Of a stretch of DNA of 64,000 nucleotides, positions 48,008-59,061 are shown piece by piece (within the stretch, counting starts at the first letter, position 1; each line of letters begins with the position of its first letter). The DNA lies in assembly GCA_965261975.1 (NCBI GenBank), contig CBDHEC010000051.1:64001-128000 (forward strand), in the 5' to 3' direction. Made by a program: the position numbers and the translations under genes. Under the pieces are notes generated by a model. That model did no database searches. It saw only the letters and a list, made by a program, of their open reading frames with translations, and had not been told where the DNA came from. The stretch is from Alphaproteobacteria bacterium. Lineage in GTDB: Bacteria; Pseudomonadota; Alphaproteobacteria; UBA6615.

Positions 48008-48796
48008 TCAGGCCGTCAACTCACACCAGACAGGCGTGTGGTCCGAGGCTTTCTCCTTGCCGCGCGGGCCCTTGTCGATCTCGCAGGCGGTCAGCCGGTC
48101 GGCGGCCTGGGGCGAGAGCAGCAGATGGTCGATGCGGATGCCGTTGTCTTTCTGCCAGGCGCCTTTCTGGTAATCCCAGAAGGAATAGACATGGGTCTCG
48201 TTGTGGAGCGTACGCCAGGCCTCGGTGTAACCGAGGTTGAGGATCGTGCGGAACTTGGCCCGGGTTTCGGGCTTGAACAGCGCATCGTCGGCCCAGGCGG
48301 CTGGATCGTAGCAATCGCCGTCGGCGGGGATGACGTTGTAGTCGCCGCCCAGAACCACCGGTTCTTCATCGTGGAGCAGCGTCTGGGCGCGTGCGGCCAG
48401 CCGGTCCATCCATTTGAGCTTGTAGGGATACTTGTCGGTGTCGACCGGATTGCCATTCGGCAGATAGATCGATGCGACGCGCACGCTGTCGTCGCCGGCT
48501 TCCACCCAGGCCTCCACATAGCGCGCCTGATCGTCGTCCTTGTCGCCGGCGAGGCCGGTGGTCACGTCGCTCAGGGGGTGTTTCGAGAGGATCGCCACGC
48601 CGTTGTAGCTCTTCTGGCCATGGACGGCGCAGTTGTAGCCGCGTTCCTCGATCTCCATGACCGGGAAGTTCTCGTCGACGGTCTTGATCTCCTGCAGCAG
48701 CGCGACGTCGGGCGCAGCCTCCTCGAGCCAGTCGAGGACGTTGGGCAGGCGCGCCTTGATCGAGTTGACGTTCCAGGTGGCTATTTTGAGGGACAT
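48008..48796 (-). CDS. xth: Exodeoxyribonuclease III
   Basis: IATWNVNSIKAR, LQEIK, GQKSYNGVAILS, YLPNGNP, GGDYNV, G.RIDHLL, SDHTPV. Confidence 0.96.
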   Translation of the reverse strand: MSLKIATWNVNSIKARLPNVLDWLEEAAPDVALLQEIKTVDENFPVMEIEERGYNCAVHGQKSYNGVAILSKHPLSDVTTGLAGDKDDDQARYVEAWVEAGDDSVRVASIYLPNGNPVDTDKYPYKLKWMDRLAARAQTLLHDEEPVVLGGDYNVIPADGDCYDPAAWADDALFKPETRAKFRTILNLGYTEAWRTLHNETHVYSFWDYQKGAWQKDNGIRIDHLLLSPQAADRLTACEIDKGPRGKEKASDHTPVWCELTA

Positions 48797-48855
48797 GGAC
48801 AGAACCGGTTAAGGAGATAGAGCACCAGTTTAGGGCCTGCCGCCGCGGATGCACA

Positions 48856-49704
48856 CTATTGGAGTGCCGCTTTTATGACTAAATCCGTGATCAGTTCGAT
48901 GACCAGCGCATCCTGCCCGCCGAAGCCGTGGGGATGCTTGCCCTGGCAGGCCTGAACGCCCGAGATTCCCGTATCCGCTGCCGGGCCTCCCGTGACGACG
49001 ACCATTTCTTCCGTGTTCCCGTTCGTTCGCGGAAGAATATCTCGCGCCTTGATCGGCGGAGTGCGGATGCACGCGTCGCTTTCATGGGCCACGACAAGGA
49101 TCGGTTGGTGAATATTACCAAGTGGCAGGTCGAACACCGTCTGGGCGACCCAAGCCTTGTGTCCGCCAACGCGCCCGGAGGTTACGGGTGAAAACAGGAT
49201 CACGCCCTTCGGGGCGAACATGCCGGTCAGAACCGATGCGGCATTCACCGCGGAGATCGTCCCACGGCTGGAGCCGACGACGAGGACAGGCAGTGGCGAG
49301 CGCCCGCGCAGATCCGCGATCATCGCGCCCAGATCGTCGGCATGGTCCGATGTCGTGCGAAACCCGCCGAGGCCATCGCGGCCATGATGATCGGAAGGCG
49401 CGTCGACGAGTGCGGTCGTGAAACCGGCGGCGCGGAGCCGGGCGACATTGCGGGTGAGGGTGTTGCCCTTGATTTGGCGCGCGCAACCATGTTCGTCGAG
49501 ATCGAGAAAGCCGCCACCGCCGGCGAGCAAGACGAGGGCGGCGATGGGCGCCGCGCTGTTGTCGGCCCGCCCGAAGCTGTAGGTCAGAGTTTCACCGTCG
49601 CGGATATCAACGGTGATGTTTTCGCCGCATGTTTCCTGAGCCGACACAGGGTGCCCCGTCAACGTGGCGACAAGAATTGCGAGAAACGTGACGGCGGTTT
49701 TCAT
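48856..49704 (-). CDS. Secreted alpha/beta hydrolase-fold protein
   Basis: Signal peptide, LLAGGGG, GSSRGTISA nucleophile elbow, H.SD.C, HGFGG. Confidence 0.75.
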   Translation of the reverse strand: MKTAVTFLAILVATLTGHPVSAQETCGENITVDIRDGETLTYSFGRADNSAAPIAALVLLAGGGGFLDLDEHGCARQIKGNTLTRNVARLRAAGFTTALVDAPSDHHGRDGLGGFRTTSDHADDLGAMIADLRGRSPLPVLVVGSSRGTISAVNAASVLTGMFAPKGVILFSPVTSGRVGGHKAWVAQTVFDLPLGNIHQPILVVAHESDACIRTPPIKARDILPRTNGNTEEMVVVTGGPAADTGISGVQACQGKHPHGFGGQDALVIELITDLVIKAALQ

Positions 49705-49777
49705 CCGCGCACTATTTCACAATCGAATGCGAACGGAAAAGGCCGGGAAACCCGTCGTCTAAAGACGAAAAGGCCCG

Positions 49778-50155
49778 CTAGTAAACCGAGAAGGACGAGC
49801 CGCAGCCACAGGAGGACGTGGCGTTCGGGTTTTCCAGGGTGAAGTGGTTGCCGCCGAGGGATTCGATATAATTGAGCACGCTGCCGTCGATGAATTCCAG
49901 GGAGGCGTCGTCGACCACGACCTTCACGCCCTCGGTCTCGAAGGTCTTGTCGTCGTCCTTGACCTGGTCATCGAAATCGAAGCCGTAGGTGAAACCCGAG
50001 CAACCGCCGCCGTTCACCACGATGCGAAGCATCAGGTTTTCACGTGCTTCGGCCTCGAACAATCCCGTCAGCTGCGCAATGGCGCTTTCGCTCAGGCCAA
50101 CGCCTTTGGGGGCGGAGTCGGGTTGCAATGTGGTCGTGTCGCTCATGTCTGCCAT
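49778..50155 (-). CDS. erpA: Fe-S cluster insertion protein ErpA/IscA (HesB family)
   Basis: LRIVVNGGGCSGFTY, NPNATSSCGCGSSF. Divergent from dgt. Confidence 0.92.
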   Translation of the reverse strand: MADMSDTTTLQPDSAPKGVGLSESAIAQLTGLFEAEARENLMLRIVVNGGGCSGFTYGFDFDDQVKDDDKTFETEGVKVVVDDASLEFIDGSVLNYIESLGGNHFTLENPNATSSCGCGSSFSVY

Positions 50156-50175
50156 TTCAGCCTAACGATATCAGC

Positions 50176-50203
50176 TATTTAGTGATGTCACAGAGTTTGT
50201 CAA
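50176..50203 (-). promoter_or_regulatory. Putative sigma70 promoter of erpA
   Basis: Minus strand TTGACA-N16-TAAATA, ending 20 bp upstream of the ATG. Confidence 0.45.
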
Positions 50204-50245
50204 TTTTCCGTTGCATTCAAGGCGCGCACACGTAGTTTGCCGAAT

Positions 50246-51472
50246 ATGCCCGCAACACCCGCAGACCTGAGGCTGTCGCCCGCCGGACCCGAACAATTCG
50301 GGGCCGTCCTGGCGCCCTATGCTTGCGACCCGCTGGCCACACGCGGGCGCCTCCATGACGAGCCCGAGAGCGGCTATCGCAGCTGCTACCAGCGCGACCG
50401 GGATCGGATCATCCATTCCAGCGCATTCCGGCGTCTGAAACACAAGACCCAGGTCTTCGTCTATCACGAGGGCGACTATTACCGGACACGGCTCACCCAT
50501 TCGCTGGAAGTCGCGCAGATCGCCCGCACGGTGGCGCGCGCCCTGGGGCTCAACGAGGATCTGGCCGAGGCGCTGGCACTGGCCCATGATTTCGGTCACA
50601 CGCCGTTCGGACATGCCGGCGAAGACGCACTGGATACGGCGATGGCGCCGTTCGGTGGGTTCGATCACAACGCCCAGACTCTGCGCATCCTGACGAAGCT
50701 CGAGGAACGTTACCCGACCTTCGACGGGCTCAACCTGACCTGGGAGACCCTGGAGGGCGTGGTCAAACATAACGGGCCGCTGACCGGGCATTATGCCGAC
50801 AGCGACCGATCGATGCCTGCGGCGATCGAGGAATATGCCGCCGACCATGACCTTGAGCTCCACACATATGCGGGCGCGGAGGCACAGGTCGCCGCGATTT
50901 CGGACGATATCGCCTACAACAGCCACGATATCGACGATGGCTTGCGGGCGGGCTTGTTCGATCTGGCTGACATTGCGGACGTGCCGCTCGTGGGACCCGC
51001 CTTCAAAACGGTGATGGAAGAGCATGGCGATCTGGACCGGCCACGGCTGATTCACGCGGGAATAAGCCAGATCATCGGCACCATGGTGTCGGATGTTCTC
51101 GCCGAGACCCGTCGCCGCCTCGCGGATGCCGACCCGGGTTCGCCGGAAGAGGTCAGGGCGCTCGATCACGCGGTCGTCGCGTTTTCACCCGAGATCCAGC
51201 AATCCGACAGGGCGGTGAAATCCTATCTGTTGGAAAACATGTACCGGCATCACCGGGTAAACCGCATGACATCCAAGGCCCGGCGCGTCGTCGCAGAGAT
51301 GTTCGAGCTGCTCTTTCACGAACCGGAACTGCTGCCGACCGAATGGCGCGCACGGGCCGAGGCCAAGGACGAGGCGGGGCGCACGCGGATGATCGCCGAC
51401 TACATCGCCGGCATGACCGATCGCTATGCGCTTGAGCTGCATCGAAAATTGTTTGATCCGGAAGTTCTTTGA
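50246..51472 (+). CDS. dgt: Deoxyguanosinetriphosphate triphosphohydrolase
   Basis: [61 protein letters not shown]. Confidence 0.95.
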   Translation: MPATPADLRLSPAGPEQFGAVLAPYACDPLATRGRLHDEPESGYRSCYQRDRDRIIHSSAFRRLKHKTQVFVYHEGDYYRTRLTHSLEVAQIARTVARALGLNEDLAEALALAHDFGHTPFGHAGEDALDTAMAPFGGFDHNAQTLRILTKLEERYPTFDGLNLTWETLEGVVKHNGPLTGHYADSDRSMPAAIEEYAADHDLELHTYAGAEAQVAAISDDIAYNSHDIDDGLRAGLFDLADIADVPLVGPAFKTVMEEHGDLDRPRLIHAGISQIIGTMVSDVLAETRRRLADADPGSPEEVRALDHAVVAFSPEIQQSDRAVKSYLLENMYRHHRVNRMTSKARRVVAEMFELLFHEPELLPTEWRARAEAKDEAGRTRMIADYIAGMTDRYALELHRKLFDPEVL

Positions 51473-53229
51473 TGAATGTTTTCAGCGCCTTCAAGGCAAT
51501 CGTTGAATCAGAAATTGAATCTCTCGTGGCCGACGGCACCCTTCCCGAAGGAACCGACGGCGCGCGGGTGAGCGTCGATCCGCCGCGCGATGCGAGCCAT
51601 GGTGACCTGGCGACCAACGCGGCTATGGTGCTGGCCAAACCTGCGGGGCTCAAGCCACGCGATCTCGCCGAGACCCTGGCTGAACGGCTCCGCGGACAGG
51701 ATTCGGTCGAATCCGTGGACGTTGCGGGGCCCGGGTTCATCAATCTTCGTTTGAGCGATGCCTATTGGCAGGCGTTGCTGGTCGGCATCCTCGAGGCCGG
51801 CGAATCCTTCGGCGAAAGCGACCTGGGGCAGGGGAAGCCGGTCAATATCGAGTATGTTTCGGCAAACCCGACAGGCCCGCTGCATGTGGGACATGCCCGT
51901 GGCGCGGTGGTGGGCGACGTTCTGGCCTCGCTGCTCGCCAAGGCAGGATACTCAGTGACCCGCGAGTATTACATCAACGATGCGGGCTCCCAGGTGGATG
52001 TGCTCGCACGCTCGGCCTATCTGCGCTACCGCGAGGCGCTGGGCGACGATATTGGAGAGATTCCCGAGGGCTTGTATCCCGGGGACTATCTTGTGCCTGT
52101 CGGTCAGGCAATGGCCGCACGCGACGGTGACAAGTGGCAGGGCATTGACGAGAGCGCGTGGCTCCCGGCGTTCCGGGAATTCTCTGTCTCGGCGATGATG
52201 GATCTGATCCGCGACGACCTTGAGGTTCTGAACATCCGGCATGACGTGTTTTCATCCGAACGCGAACTCGTCGAAGCCGGCGGCGTGGATGCGGTGATGC
52301 AGACCCTCAACGATGCCGGTCTGATCTATGAGGGCGTACTGGAACCGCCCAAGGGTAAGCTGCCCGATGATTGGGAAGAACGGCCACAGACGCTATTCCG
52401 CGCCAGCGACTTCGGCGACGATACGGATCGGCCGCTCAGAAAGTCCGACGGATCCTGGACCTATTTCGCCAGTGACCTCGCTTATCACCAGGACAAGTAC
52501 CGCCGCGGTTTTCCCAACCTGATCGATGTCTGGGGTGCGGATCATGGCGGTTACGTCAAACGCGTGGGTGCCGGCGTGAACGCGCTGACCGACGGTGAAG
52601 CCGAAATCGACGTGAAGCTTTGCCAGATGGTGCGGCTGCTGGAAGACGGTGAGCCTGCGAAAATGTCCAAACGCTCGGGGAATTTCGTAACCCTGCGCGA
52701 TCTCGCCGATGCTGTCGGCAAGGACGTCATCCGCTTCATCATGCTGACGCGCAAGAACGATGCGCCGCTGGATTTCGACCTGGTCAAGGTGCGCGAGCAG
52801 AGCCGCGATAATCCGGTGTTCTATGTTCAATACGCCCACGCGCGGACTCATTCCGTGGCCCGGATGGCTGCCGAGGCGTTTCCCGATGCGGATTTCGGTG
52901 TCGAAGCGTTGCAGGCCGCTGACCTGGCTCGCTTGACCGACTCAGATGAGCTTGCGTTGATCAGGTTGCTGGCGGCATGGCCCCGCACCGTGGAAAGCGC
53001 GGCCGAGGCCCACGAACCGCACCGCCTGGCGTTTTATCTCTATGACCTTGCCGCGGCGTTTCATGCGCTGTGGAGCAAGGCCCGTGGAGAGCCGGGATTG
53101 CGGTTTGTCGTCGCCGACGATGTGGATGTCACACGTGCTCGCATGGCGCTGGTTCTCGCCGTTCGGGCGGTTGTGGCATCGGGATTGGCGGTCATGGGCG
53201 TGACCCCGGTCGACGAATTGCGCGAATGA
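51472..53229 (+). CDS. argS: Arginine--tRNA ligase
   Basis: [52 protein letters not shown]. Confidence 0.97.
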   Translation: MNVFSAFKAIVESEIESLVADGTLPEGTDGARVSVDPPRDASHGDLATNAAMVLAKPAGLKPRDLAETLAERLRGQDSVESVDVAGPGFINLRLSDAYWQALLVGILEAGESFGESDLGQGKPVNIEYVSANPTGPLHVGHARGAVVGDVLASLLAKAGYSVTREYYINDAGSQVDVLARSAYLRYREALGDDIGEIPEGLYPGDYLVPVGQAMAARDGDKWQGIDESAWLPAFREFSVSAMMDLIRDDLEVLNIRHDVFSSERELVEAGGVDAVMQTLNDAGLIYEGVLEPPKGKLPDDWEERPQTLFRASDFGDDTDRPLRKSDGSWTYFASDLAYHQDKYRRGFPNLIDVWGADHGGYVKRVGAGVNALTDGEAEIDVKLCQMVRLLEDGEPAKMSKRSGNFVTLRDLADAVGKDVIRFIMLTRKNDAPLDFDLVKVREQSRDNPVFYVQYAHARTHSVARMAAEAFPDADFGVEALQAADLARLTDSDELALIRLLAAWPRTVESAAEAHEPHRLAFYLYDLAAAFHALWSKARGEPGLRFVVADDVDVTRARMALVLAVRAVVASGLAVMGVTPVDELRE

Positions 53230-53236
53230 GGCATGA

Positions 53237-54154
53237 ATGAGCGATCCAGAGATTATCGGCCCGGGCGACATTTACATGGAACCCCGGCGAGGTCTGGGTC
53301 CGCTCGCGAAACTGTTTGCCGTGACGGCCATCGCGGCCGGGGTGGTCGCGCTCGCCGGCGTTGTCTGGTTTGCCTACAACCAGGGCATCCGGTCTGGTGC
53401 CGAAGATGCAGCCCCGGTTATCACGGCCAGCGAAGACCCCATCAAACGGCAGCCGGCAGACCGGGGCGGGCTCAATGTGCCCCATCAGGACAAGCTGGTC
53501 TTTGGACGTCTGGCCCCGGGCCAGATCGAAGAGCCCGTCGAACGGTTGTTGCCACCACCCGAAGAACCGGCCGAGAGACCACCGGCGCCGGTCGTCGAAG
53601 CCGCACCGGTTGAGGTGCCTCGACCGGCGGAGCCCCCTGAAGTGGTTGCAACTGTCGAAACGCCCGAGACGGTCGTGGTCGAAACGCCCGAGACGGTCGT
53701 GGTCGAAGCACCCAAGGCAGAGCCGGATCCTGCGCCGACCGTTCCCCCGAAACCCGAGCCGGTGGTGACGGCTCCACCACCGCCGCCGCCGCCGGCTCCG
53801 CCGGTCGTCGCGGCCAAACCGCCAGCACCGCCGCCCGAGACCGCTCCAACCACGCCTACAGTCACCGCGCCGGCGGCGCCTCCGGCCGCCGCACCAAAGC
53901 CGGCGGCGGGCGCATGGCGCATACAGCTTGCGGCAGTTTCCAGCCGGGACCGCGCACTTGCCGAGTGGGATCGCATTAAGAAGCGAAACACCGATCTGCT
54001 CGGCGCGCTCAACCTCAATGTGCAAAACGTAAATCTCGCCCGGGGTACATTCTTTCGGATCCAGGCAGGACCTTTGGCAGACCGCGCCGCCGCGAGCGGG
54101 TTATGCGGCAAGCTGAAAAGCCGAAACCAGGATTGCCTCATTGTTGCGCCCTGA
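53237..54154 (+). CDS. SPOR domain cell-division protein (FtsN-like)
   Basis: N-terminal TM, Pro-rich linker, C-terminal SPOR (WRIQLAAV...FFRIQAGP...LC..LK....DC). Sits between argS and nagZ. Confidence 0.88.
   Translation: MSDPEIIGPGDIYMEPRRGLGPLAKLFAVTAIAAGVVALAGVVWFAYNQGIRSGAEDAAPVITASEDPIKRQPADRGGLNVPHQDKLVFGRLAPGQIEEPVERLLPPPEEPAERPPAPVVEAAPVEVPRPAEPPEVVATVETPETVVVETPETVVVEAPKAEPDPAPTVPPKPEPVVTAPPPPPPPAPPVVAAKPPAPPPETAPTTPTVTAPAAPPAAAPKPAAGAWRIQLAAVSSRDRALAEWDRIKKRNTDLLGALNLNVQNVNLARGTFFRIQAGPLADRAAASGLCGKLKSRNQDCLIVAP
53654..53707 (+). repeat. Perfect 24-bp in-frame tandem repeat (x2.25) in the SPOR gene linker
   Basis: GTCGAAACGCCCGAGACGGTCGTG twice, then GTCGAA; encodes VETPETVV-VETPETVV-VE. 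Confidence 0.9.
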
Positions 54155-54169
54155 CAGGCGCATCCCGGC

Positions 54170-55189
54170 ATGACAACGCCCAACGCGGTCATCTTCGGTG
54201 TCTCGGGAACCCGCCTGACGGACGATGAGAAAGTCTTCCTGCGTGATGCCGATCCGCTTGGATTCATTCTCTTCGCCCGCAATTGCACGGACGGGCAGGG
54301 TATTCGGCGCCTGACGGCGGAACTGCGTGATGCCGTGGGGCGAGATGACGCGCCCATACTCATTGACCAGGAAGGCGGGCGGGTCATGCGCCTGCGCCCG
54401 CCCGACTGGCCGTTCGCACCGGCCGCGCAAGAAATCGCAGGCCTGTATGACCGAGAACCCGAATTGGGAATTTCTGCGGCTGAGGATGTAGGCCGGATGT
54501 TCGGCGCCATGTTGGGCAATCTCGGCATCGACGTTGATTGCGCACCTGTGCTCGATCTGGGCCTGCCAGAAACGACGGCGGCGATCGGAAACCGCGCTTA
54601 TGCGGCGGACCCGCAAACCGTTGCCGCGCTTGGCGGCGCGATGGCGGAAGGGTTGATGCGGGAAGGGTGCCTGCCGGTGATCAAGCATTTGCCGGGCCAT
54701 GGGCGCGGCGCCGTCGACAGCCACAAGGAACTGCCGCGGGTCGACGCAGCTCTGGCGACGCTTCGCGATCAGGATTTCGCTGCCTTCCGGCACCTGAACC
54801 ATCTGCCACTCGGCATGTCAGCCCATGTCGTGTATTCCGCGATCGACGCGAAGCACCCCGGGACTGTATCCGCGCCCGTGATCGAGACGTTGATCCGCGG
54901 AGAGATCGGTTTCGACGGCTTCCTGTTGACCGACGACATAACGATGGAGGCGTTGGATGGCACGCCGGCGGCGCGCGCCGAAGCGGCACTGGACGCGGGG
55001 TGTGATGCCGTCTTGCATTGTTCGGGCGTGCTTTCCGAGATGATTGACGTGTCCGGCACTGTGCACGGCCTGTCACAATCGGCTGAAAGCCGCTGGACAC
55101 GGGCACGGGCAGCACGTCAAAAGCCTGAAGGTGCGGATATCGGGGCAATCGCCGAGACCCTGGCCGATAAATTCGATAACGGGACCTGA
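54170..55189 (+). CDS. nagZ: Beta-N-acetylhexosaminidase
   Basis: GFILFARN, IDQEGGRV, APVLD, KHLPGHG...DSH, TDDITM.AL. Confidence 0.95.
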   Translation: MTTPNAVIFGVSGTRLTDDEKVFLRDADPLGFILFARNCTDGQGIRRLTAELRDAVGRDDAPILIDQEGGRVMRLRPPDWPFAPAAQEIAGLYDREPELGISAAEDVGRMFGAMLGNLGIDVDCAPVLDLGLPETTAAIGNRAYAADPQTVAALGGAMAEGLMREGCLPVIKHLPGHGRGAVDSHKELPRVDAALATLRDQDFAAFRHLNHLPLGMSAHVVYSAIDAKHPGTVSAPVIETLIRGEIGFDGFLLTDDITMEALDGTPAARAEAALDAGCDAVLHCSGVLSEMIDVSGTVHGLSQSAESRWTRARAARQKPEGADIGAIAETLADKFDNGT

Positions 55190-55193
55190 CAGC

Positions 55194-55880
55194 GTGGACT
55201 TCGACAATATTCTGTTTCTAGCGTCGATCTGGGTGATCCCGGTCTTGCTCGCGATCACGATGCACGAAGCCGCCCATGGCTGGGCCGCGTGGAAGCTTGG
55301 AGACGACACGGCGAAGCGCTTGGGGCGCGTCACATTCAACCCGCTGGCCCATATCGATCCCTTCGGAACGATCGTCCTGCCGGCGATGCTTATTCTCGCG
55401 CCAGGTGGTGTCCTGTTTGGCTGGGCGAAGCCGGTTCCAGTCGTTTTTGGCCGACTCGGCCGCCCGCGACGCGACATGGTGCTGGTTGCAGCCGCCGGTC
55501 CGGCGATCAATATCGCGCTCGCAATCGCCTCCGCATTGGCCCTTCATTTACTGCCGTTCGTCGGCCCAACATTCGGTGATTGGCTCGGTAGAAACTTGAT
55601 TAATTCTATTAATATCAACCTTTTGCTGGCGATATTTAACATGATGCCGCTGCCGCCGCTGGATGGCGGCCGGGTGGCCGTGGGGATACTGCCCCGGCCG
55701 CTTGCCATCCAGCTCGCCCGGCTCGAGCGCTACGGTTTGTTTATTCTGATCGGGCTGATCTTTATTCTTCCGATACTCGGACGGCAGCTCGGGACTGACC
55801 TCAACATTTTCCGTTGGCTCGTTCTCGGTCCGCTTGAATTCCTGTTTGGGATATTACTGCATGGCGTCGGCCTGATATGA
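55194..55880 (+). CDS. Site-2 protease (M50) family membrane metalloprotease
   Basis: HEAAH, NPLAHIDPFG, GWAKPVP, AAGP..N, FNMMPLPPLDGG. Confidence 0.93.
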   Translation: MDFDNILFLASIWVIPVLLAITMHEAAHGWAAWKLGDDTAKRLGRVTFNPLAHIDPFGTIVLPAMLILAPGGVLFGWAKPVPVVFGRLGRPRRDMVLVAAAGPAINIALAIASALALHLLPFVGPTFGDWLGRNLINSININLLLAIFNMMPLPPLDGGRVAVGILPRPLAIQLARLERYGLFILIGLIFILPILGRQLGTDLNIFRWLVLGPLEFLFGILLHGVGLI

Positions 55881-56728
55881 GCGAAACCAGCGAAAACTTC
55901 GAACAGCCGGTCCCTGACCACCAGGCCGGGCAGATCGAGGCGTCCGACCATGCGCTGGTCGTCAACCTCGAAGGATTCGAGGGGCCGCTCGATCTGCTTC
56001 TGTCGCTGGCGCGCGACCAGAAGGTCGATCTGACGAAGATCTCGGTCCTGGCGCTCGCGGAACAATATCTCGAGTTTATCCAGTCGGCGCGCCAGCTGCG
56101 GCTGGAGATCGCCGCAGACTACCTCGTCATGGCTGCCTGGCTGGCCTATTTGAAATCCCGTCTGCTGTTGCCCGCAGAGGAAAGCGAAGACGAGCCGACA
56201 GCTGCCGAGATGGCGGCAGCGTTGAAGTATCAGTTGCAGCGAATAGAGGCGATGCGAACAGCGGCCGAAACCCTGTTCGCGCGACCGCTTCTGGGACGCG
56301 ACGTGTTCGATCGCGGTGCACCCGAGGGCATCCGTGTGATCACCCATCCCGTCTATGAGGCCTCACTCTTCGAGATGCTGGATGCGTATGGCGCGATCAC
56401 CCGCCGCGGCAAGGCGGAAACCCTGACGATTCAGCAATTCGAGCTGTTCTCGATGGACGATGCGCTCGGCCGTTTGCGCGGCGTGTTGGGCCACGCACCG
56501 GAATGGGCCACGCTGATGAGTTTTCTGCCCGAAGGCCTGCACGAGGGGTTGCCGAAACGTGCCGCGATCGCCGCAACGTTCGCCGCCAGCCTTGAACTGG
56601 TCCGCGACGGCCATGCCCAGATCCGCCAGGACGGCCGGTTCGGTCCGATTTACTTCCGGCGACGTCCCGACGAAGAACTTCCCACCCCAGCCAACGAAGG
56701 GGGCGAGACCCTTGACGATCAATCCTGA
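55877..56728 (+). CDS. scpA: Segregation and condensation protein A
   Basis: FEGPLDLLL, AADYLVMAAWLAYLKSRLLLP, FAASLEL, Q...FGPIY. Confidence 0.95.
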   Translation: MSETSENFEQPVPDHQAGQIEASDHALVVNLEGFEGPLDLLLSLARDQKVDLTKISVLALAEQYLEFIQSARQLRLEIAADYLVMAAWLAYLKSRLLLPAEESEDEPTAAEMAAALKYQLQRIEAMRTAAETLFARPLLGRDVFDRGAPEGIRVITHPVYEASLFEMLDAYGAITRRGKAETLTIQQFELFSMDDALGRLRGVLGHAPEWATLMSFLPEGLHEGLPKRAAIAATFAASLELVRDGHAQIRQDGRFGPIYFRRRPDEELPTPANEGGETLDDQS

Positions 56729-57446
56729 ATTGGAGCCGGACGCACACACCGAGCTTCTCCGGCTTGCCGAGGCGGTTCTCTTCGCCGCAGTCGAACCCCT
56801 CGACGAAGCATCAATTGCCGCCCAGCTGCCGAAAGGCACGGACACTTCCGCGCTTCTCGATGAATTGCGCCGGCTCTATGCCGGGCGCGGCGTTAACCTG
56901 GTCAGTGTGGCGGGCAAATGGGTCCTTCGTACCGCCTCGGACCTTGCCGACAAGCTCAAGATCGAACGTGAATCCCAGCGCAGGCTATCGCGCGCCGCGC
57001 ACGAGACCCTGGCCGTAATTGCCTATCATCAGCCTGTGACCCGGCCGGAGATCGAGGAGATCCGCGGTGTCAGCCTGAGCAAGGGCACCATGGATGCGCT
57101 GTTCGAGGCGAACTGGATCAAGCCGGGGCGTCGGCGTAATTCACCGGGACAACCCCTGACCTGGGTCACCACCGAGACTTTCCTTTCCCATTTCGGTCTC
57201 GAAAGCTTGAAGGAGTTGCCGGGAATCCAGGAACTGAAATCGGCCGGGTTGATCGATTCCCGCCCCGCGGTCAGCATTTACGCTTCATCGGCGCAAACCG
57301 ATGAACTGCCGTTCGATTCCATGACAGGCCAGGATGAATCCGAAACCGAGATGGATGAACCCCTGGACGTGGAAGACGACGCCGAAACCGAGTTCGAGGC
57401 GCCTGCAGAAGACGAAGACATCCGTGAGGACGAAACCGGCACCTGA
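56712..57446 (+). CDS. scpB: Segregation and condensation protein B
   Basis: EAVLFAA.EP, LSRAAHETLAVIAYHQPVTRPEIEEIRGV, FL.HFGL.SL.ELP. TTG start inferred. Confidence 0.95.
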   Translation: MTINPELEPDAHTELLRLAEAVLFAAVEPLDEASIAAQLPKGTDTSALLDELRRLYAGRGVNLVSVAGKWVLRTASDLADKLKIERESQRRLSRAAHETLAVIAYHQPVTRPEIEEIRGVSLSKGTMDALFEANWIKPGRRRNSPGQPLTWVTTETFLSHFGLESLKELPGIQELKSAGLIDSRPAVSIYASSAQTDELPFDSMTGQDESETEMDEPLDVEDDAETEFEAPAEDEDIREDETGT

Positions 57447-57547
57447 AGCTAATCGAGGCCCACTCGGTTGCGGCTGAAAACCGTTTTCAATAGGCTCCGC
57501 CAAATTTTGCGAGACCGGTCCACAGGACCGATACCCCAAGCAGGAAT

Positions 57548-58639
57548 ATGGCGCGCGAACTTAACGACCTTGCCCTTGAGCATGTAACGCACCGGTTCGA
57601 TACCACGGTGGCGGTCGATGATTGCAGCCTGACGGTCGGTGCAGGTGAAGTCGTTTGCCTGGTCGGCCCGTCTGGTTGTGGCAAGACCACATTGCTGCGT
57701 GTGGCCGCGGGCCTGGAGCCGTTGCAACAGGGGCGTGTTCTGATCGGCGGCGAGGTCATGGCCGACGGCCGTGCATCGGTGCCGCCGGAAGACCGCAATG
57801 TTGGCCTCGTGTTCCAGGATTACGCACTATTTCCACACTTGACGGTCCGCGGAAATATCGCGTTCGGGCTCAAGCACCTCTCATCCGCCGCGCGCGATGA
57901 ACATGTAGCGCATGCGCTCGAACGAACTGGCATGTCTGGTTACGCTTCGATCTATCCGCACCAATTGTCGGGCGGTCAGCAGCAACGTGTGGCGCTCGCG
58001 CGGGCACTTGCACCCCGACCCCGCATCGTTCTGCTCGACGAGCCGTTTTCGGGCCTGGACACCTCGCTGCGCCATCTGGTCCGTGATCAGGCCGCCGAAA
58101 TATTGAGGGATGCCGGCATCGCAACGTTGATGGTGACCCATGATCCCGAGGAGGCGATGTATCTCGCGGACCGGATTGCCGTCATGGATCGAGGCAAACT
58201 CCGGCAAATCGGCAGCCCTGATGAAATCTATCTCGAACCGGAGAATGCGTTTGTTGCCGCGTTTTTCGGCGACGTAAACCGGTTCACGGGGCAGGTCGCG
58301 TCAGGGCAGGTCCAGATCCCGCTTGGTTCCGTTCCGACCAACGGACATGGTGAAGGCCAGGATGTCGAGGTTCTGATACGGCCGGAGGCGTTGAATATCT
58401 CTGTCGTCGGCTCATCAGAACCCACGGAGGGTGTCACCGGCACCGTCATTGCTGCCCGTTTTCTGGGCCGCAGCAGCCTGGTTGACGTTTGCCTGGCCGA
58501 TACCGCGGCCACGAATGTGCGCATTCATATGTCCGGTCGAATGCTGCCCGACACCGGTTCGACGGTCTCGGTTCGCCGCGACGATGCCCAGACCTATGTT
58601 TTTGCCGCACCAGACCTGGCGAATGCCCGGGTCGAATAA
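57548..58639 (+). CDS. ABC transporter ATP-binding protein (FbpC/PotA type)
   Basis: GPSGCGKTT, FQDYALFPHL, LSGGQQQR, LLDEPFS, VTHD; C-terminal TOBE-like region. Confidence 0.92.
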   Translation: MARELNDLALEHVTHRFDTTVAVDDCSLTVGAGEVVCLVGPSGCGKTTLLRVAAGLEPLQQGRVLIGGEVMADGRASVPPEDRNVGLVFQDYALFPHLTVRGNIAFGLKHLSSAARDEHVAHALERTGMSGYASIYPHQLSGGQQQRVALARALAPRPRIVLLDEPFSGLDTSLRHLVRDQAAEILRDAGIATLMVTHDPEEAMYLADRIAVMDRGKLRQIGSPDEIYLEPENAFVAAFFGDVNRFTGQVASGQVQIPLGSVPTNGHGEGQDVEVLIRPEALNISVVGSSEPTEGVTGTVIAARFLGRSSLVDVCLADTAATNVRIHMSGRMLPDTGSTVSVRRDDAQTYVFAAPDLANARVE

Positions 58640-58771
58640 CGCTGCGAACCCAATGCGGTAGGGAGCAATTGGGCGTGAGGCACCATTGCGGGTAAAATCC
58701 CTTTCTGCGATAGTCCCGCCGATTGGCCCCTGGCATTCGGGGCTCGAAGCTACACACTGGAGCGCTTGTAC

Positions 58772-59005
58772 ATGGGCACGTTTTCAATCTGGCATTGGCT
58801 CATTGTCCTCGTGGTTGTGCTGGTCCTTTTCGGCGGACGCGGCAAGATTCCCAGCCTTATGGGCGACGTCGCCAAAGGCATTAAGTCCTTCAAAAGCAAT
58901 ATGAAGGACGAGGGTGCGAATGCTGAATCGACCAAGATCGAGGAAGACACCACGTCGACGACGGCCACATCGGCCTCACGCGAAGACGAAACGGCCAAGA
59001 GCTAG
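58772..59005 (+). CDS. tatA: Tat translocase subunit TatA
   Basis: [12 protein letters not shown]...[23 protein letters not shown]. Confidence 0.95.
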   Translation: MGTFSIWHWLIVLVVVLVLFGGRGKIPSLMGDVAKGIKSFKSNMKDEGANAESTKIEEDTTSTTATSASREDETAKS

Positions 59006-59061
59006 TTCGGCCTGCATTCGAAGGCCTGACGCAAGTTTGGCCCTGAACGGACCCCGCGATC

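Noticed and set aside
50246-51472. dGTPase as an anti-phage nucleotide-depletion system
   Set aside because: It sits in the conserved erpA/dgt-argS housekeeping context, overlaps argS, and has no defence-island neighbours.
57548-58639. Orphan ABC ATPase without permease
   Set aside because: An FbpC-like ATPase between scpB and tatA is, as I recall, a common alphaproteobacterial arrangement with partners encoded elsewhere.
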